A model generated the notes under the pieces. That model saw only the letters and a list, made by a program, of their open reading frames with translations. It was not told where the DNA came from and did not search any database. Made by a program: the position numbers and the translations under genes. Below are positions 61,236-64,000 of a stretch of 64,000 nt of DNA, one piece after another. Within the stretch, counting starts at the first letter, position 1; each line of letters opens with the position of its first letter. Where the stretch lies: the NCBI GenBank assembly GCA_043228905.1, contig JBHGNT010000002.1:248001-312000 (forward strand), in the 5' to 3' direction. Source of the stretch: Azolla caroliniana. Taxonomy: Eukaryota > Plantae > Polypodiophyta.

Positions 61236-62189
61236 TAATTACAAAAGAAAAAAGGGGAGTGTTCAATGGAATAGACTACATATACGTACATATAATTAGT
61301 AATTGCATAAGAGAGAGAGAGGAGATGAGAAGTGAAGAAGTTTAGGGTTCCAAGGAAAGTTCTTGGCTTTGGTGGAAACCCTAAATATATGTACATCCAT
61401 CCATATATATACAAAGAGGCACATTTTTCTATGTGTTCTACATGCATGGATCCTTCTTCCGTGCTCAAATTCTATTAGGTAGGTACCATCGTTTGGCCAT
61501 GGTGTTGTGTTTTGATGTTGATTACTGAGTGAGAATGGAGCAGTTCCGATACTTTAGTGAAGCCTCCGTATTACCAACCTTAAGAGCTACGTCCAACACA
61601 TGGTCTTTGAAGTTGAGGTATGCTGAAAATATTATCTTATTCTCTATAACAATTTAAATGTTTCATGGTTTTATATTCATGTACATACTTTAATACACAA
61701 GATGTGGTTATATTGTTATGAGCATATGTGTACCATACATTAAGTAATATGTCTTGCAAGTCAATCTAAGGCCACAAATATGCCAATTCAGCATGGAGTC
61801 GAGATAGTTGATGCTCTCTCCAATGGTGGGTATGGACAACTATGTGCCATATTCTCATTGGCAATCTGATCACATGGATGAAGCTTGTATGACATCCATC
61901 AAAGCGTGTTGCTAGCCAATTATTTTTCTTTAAATGCAAGTACAATTTCTTGCAAGCTTCTCCTTCATGTTTTGCTAATTTACACATACTTTCTTCACTA
62001 AATGGGGCAATGAGGGTATAGTCAATCTAAAGAGTGAACTGGAGCATCTCATTCTCCTCACTGCCAGCAAATGCCTCTTGGGACGTGAGGTAAGAGATCA
62101 GTTGTTATCTGATGACATGAGTAACATTGCCAATATTGATTTCCCCCCCCTTTTATTTCAGTTCATTTACCTCTTTCATTTTGCTTGTA

Positions 62190-62831
62190 TTTTTTCAAGC
62201 ACAATATGAGCAACGTGAAGTGATGAAGCGGCATGGGGAAGCACTCAATTATGATGTTTTGAGTGAGATAGATGTGTTGTATTAGTGCATAAAGGAGGCA
62301 CTTTGTCTTCACATGCTGCTCATACTGCCTCTCCGTTATAATCACAAGGATTTTAGCGTGAAATCTAAGCAAGGCAATGAATATGTTGTACCAAAGACAA
62401 GAGCGACCACATGCATCAAAAAGCTTAAAGCTTCCTCGTATGATATCGGATTTAAGAGTTCAAGTAGGTGAATCAAAGCTACCGAAGTAGGTTATGATAT
62501 GCTTTGACAAAATCTAAATTTCGAAATTCAGGGCGAGAGACATGAAAGAAAAAGTAAAGTTGTGTCACAATTCAGGTAGAGACAGACAAGAGCAACCACA
62601 TGCATCAAAAAGCTCAAAGCTTCCTCGTATGATATCAGATTTAAGAGTTCAAGTAGGTGAATCAAAACTACCGAAGTAGCCTATGATATGATATCATAAA
62701 ATCTAAATTTCGAAATTCAGGGCGAGAGACATGAAAGAAAAAGGAATGTTGCATTTGCAAATTGGTTACCATACATATATAAGAATCCTGATACATATGA
62801 TCCAGATAGGTTTGCCCCTAGACGTGATGAG
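62190..62831 (+). pseudogene. CYP51: Fragment of sterol 14-alpha-demethylase (CYP51G), split by an insertion at ~62397-62745
   Basis: EQREVMKRHGEALNYDVLSEIDVLY*CIKEALCLH…HKDFSVKSKQGNEYVVPK then AFANWLPYIYKNPDTYDPDRFAPRRDE; in-frame stop; ExxR arginine lost. Confidence 0.85.
62396..62743. repeat. 189-bp-period tandem duplication inserted in the CYP51 fragment
   Basis: GACAAGAGC(G/A)ACCACATGCATC at 62396 and 62585. Confidence 0.9.
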
Positions 62832-63047
62832 GCTTCTACCTGGATTTTTATTTCAATGCCAGATCTTTTTTTTTGCCCAACAAAAGATACTGCATTAGTA
62901 TTAAGAAATCTCCCTAAGGCCATACATACAAGATGTACCAAGGAGTCCCTTTTTTTTCTAAATTCTATATGTTGGCTTAAATAAATACTTCGGTGTAGAG
63001 TTGTCAAGATTCGAACTCTTGACATGACCATGTTATAATCGAGTGTC

Positions 63048-63200
63048 TACCCTCTGCCACGAATAGATGATCTCTTGGACCAATCGGGATGCTCAAAGTA
63101 CTTCATCTCTATCGATCTTGCGGCCGGATATTGGCAGATTCCAATGGACCCAAGAGATGCACATAAGACAGCTTTCAAAACACGCAGAGGCCTATTCCAG
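63048..63200 (+). mobile_element. Ty3/gypsy reverse-transcriptase fragment
   Basis: YPLPRIDDLLDQ…YFISIDLAAGYWQIPM…KTAFKT. Confidence 0.9.
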
Positions 63201-63201
63201 G

Positions 63202-64000
63202 TGTTGTCCATAGGCCAAAAATGGAAATTAGTTAAATATAATATGCTAGAAGTTAGGCGAGTAGGTAAGGGAGAATTAGGTAAAACGCCGAGTTTCGAGC
63301 CTCACAGTCAGTCGATCGCTCGACGTTGTATGAAGGAAAAGAAGTATATAAACCGAGGTCTGCGTACCTCGGCAAGGGGGAGATATGCAGAGCCTAGGGA
63401 GGTCGGTTCATAGTTATAACTATTGCAGTAATACATATGTATAGCTCTTGTTGTTTTCATCTATGTGTCATCACTTTTAAGGTCTCAACTACGTATACGA
63501 CCCGGGCTCTATTCTGGGTATGCTCTCCGTGTTCTCCCCCTAACGACACCTCCGTGCACCAGTCTTCACGATTACACTTCCCTTGATACCGATAGCTTGT
63601 AGGCATATCGAAGGTGTTTCTGGCAAAATGGTTAACACAATTTGGCACGCCCGGTTACAATGGTGAGATCACAGCGAACTACGTTGAAGACAACCTTCAG
63701 CCGCCATTACGGCGCCCAATCGCAAGCGGTCTCGGCCATCTGGCCGATGCCCTGAGCCAGTCGAAGGCACTTCCGACTCGGCGGTCACGGACCAGTCCTT
63801 CCTAGAAACATCAGAGGCTCACCGATTGCAATCCTCGCCACTTGCTACTCGATCGCGAGTCGAGTCCACACCAACCTCCCCACCAAGCCCTCTAGAGGTC
63901 ACCCACCCTGACCCTAACCCTTTTCCGGCTTTACCGGAAGACCCCGAATTCGATACCATACCATATCCTTACCCACGATACACCGACAACCCCGACGTGG
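63202..64000 (+). mobile_element. Probable 5' LTR (~63202-63639), PBS and leader of an LTR element continuing beyond the window
   Basis: TGTT…AACA(CA), TATATAAA at ~63345, then TGGCACGCCCGGT (63643-63655; resembles a tRNA-Arg PBS) and a GC-rich leader. Confidence 0.55.

Overview
Repeat-rich plant nuclear DNA, most likely from a fern; this is inferred from the style of the PLS-class PPR proteins and the retroelement families, not proven. The first 26 kb is almost all Ty1/copia retrotransposon. It holds one very young, circularly permuted element (1918-8568) flanked by a 225-bp host duplication, and a five-element nested and fused cluster (12008-26206) that includes a solo LTR carrying tRNA-like Pol III boxes. 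The rest holds four intact minus-strand genes: an ataxin-3/Josephin deubiquitinase, an FLD-type LSD1 histone demethylase with a 12-aa N-terminal repeat, and two PLS-E PPR genes. Between them lie LINE and gypsy remnants, a hAT MITE, orphan ROP GTPase and CYP51 fragments, and several local tandem duplications. The most notable observation is that a small first exon missed by the ORF track (52219-52296) splices in frame onto the PPR ORF. It completes an OSB-type PDF motif, the ssDNA-binding module of organellar OSB proteins, fused to a 17-motif PLS-PPR array. A second, frameshifted copy of this PDF cassette sits upstream of the neighbouring PPR gene. All coordinates, splice sites and family calls were made by eye, without database searches.
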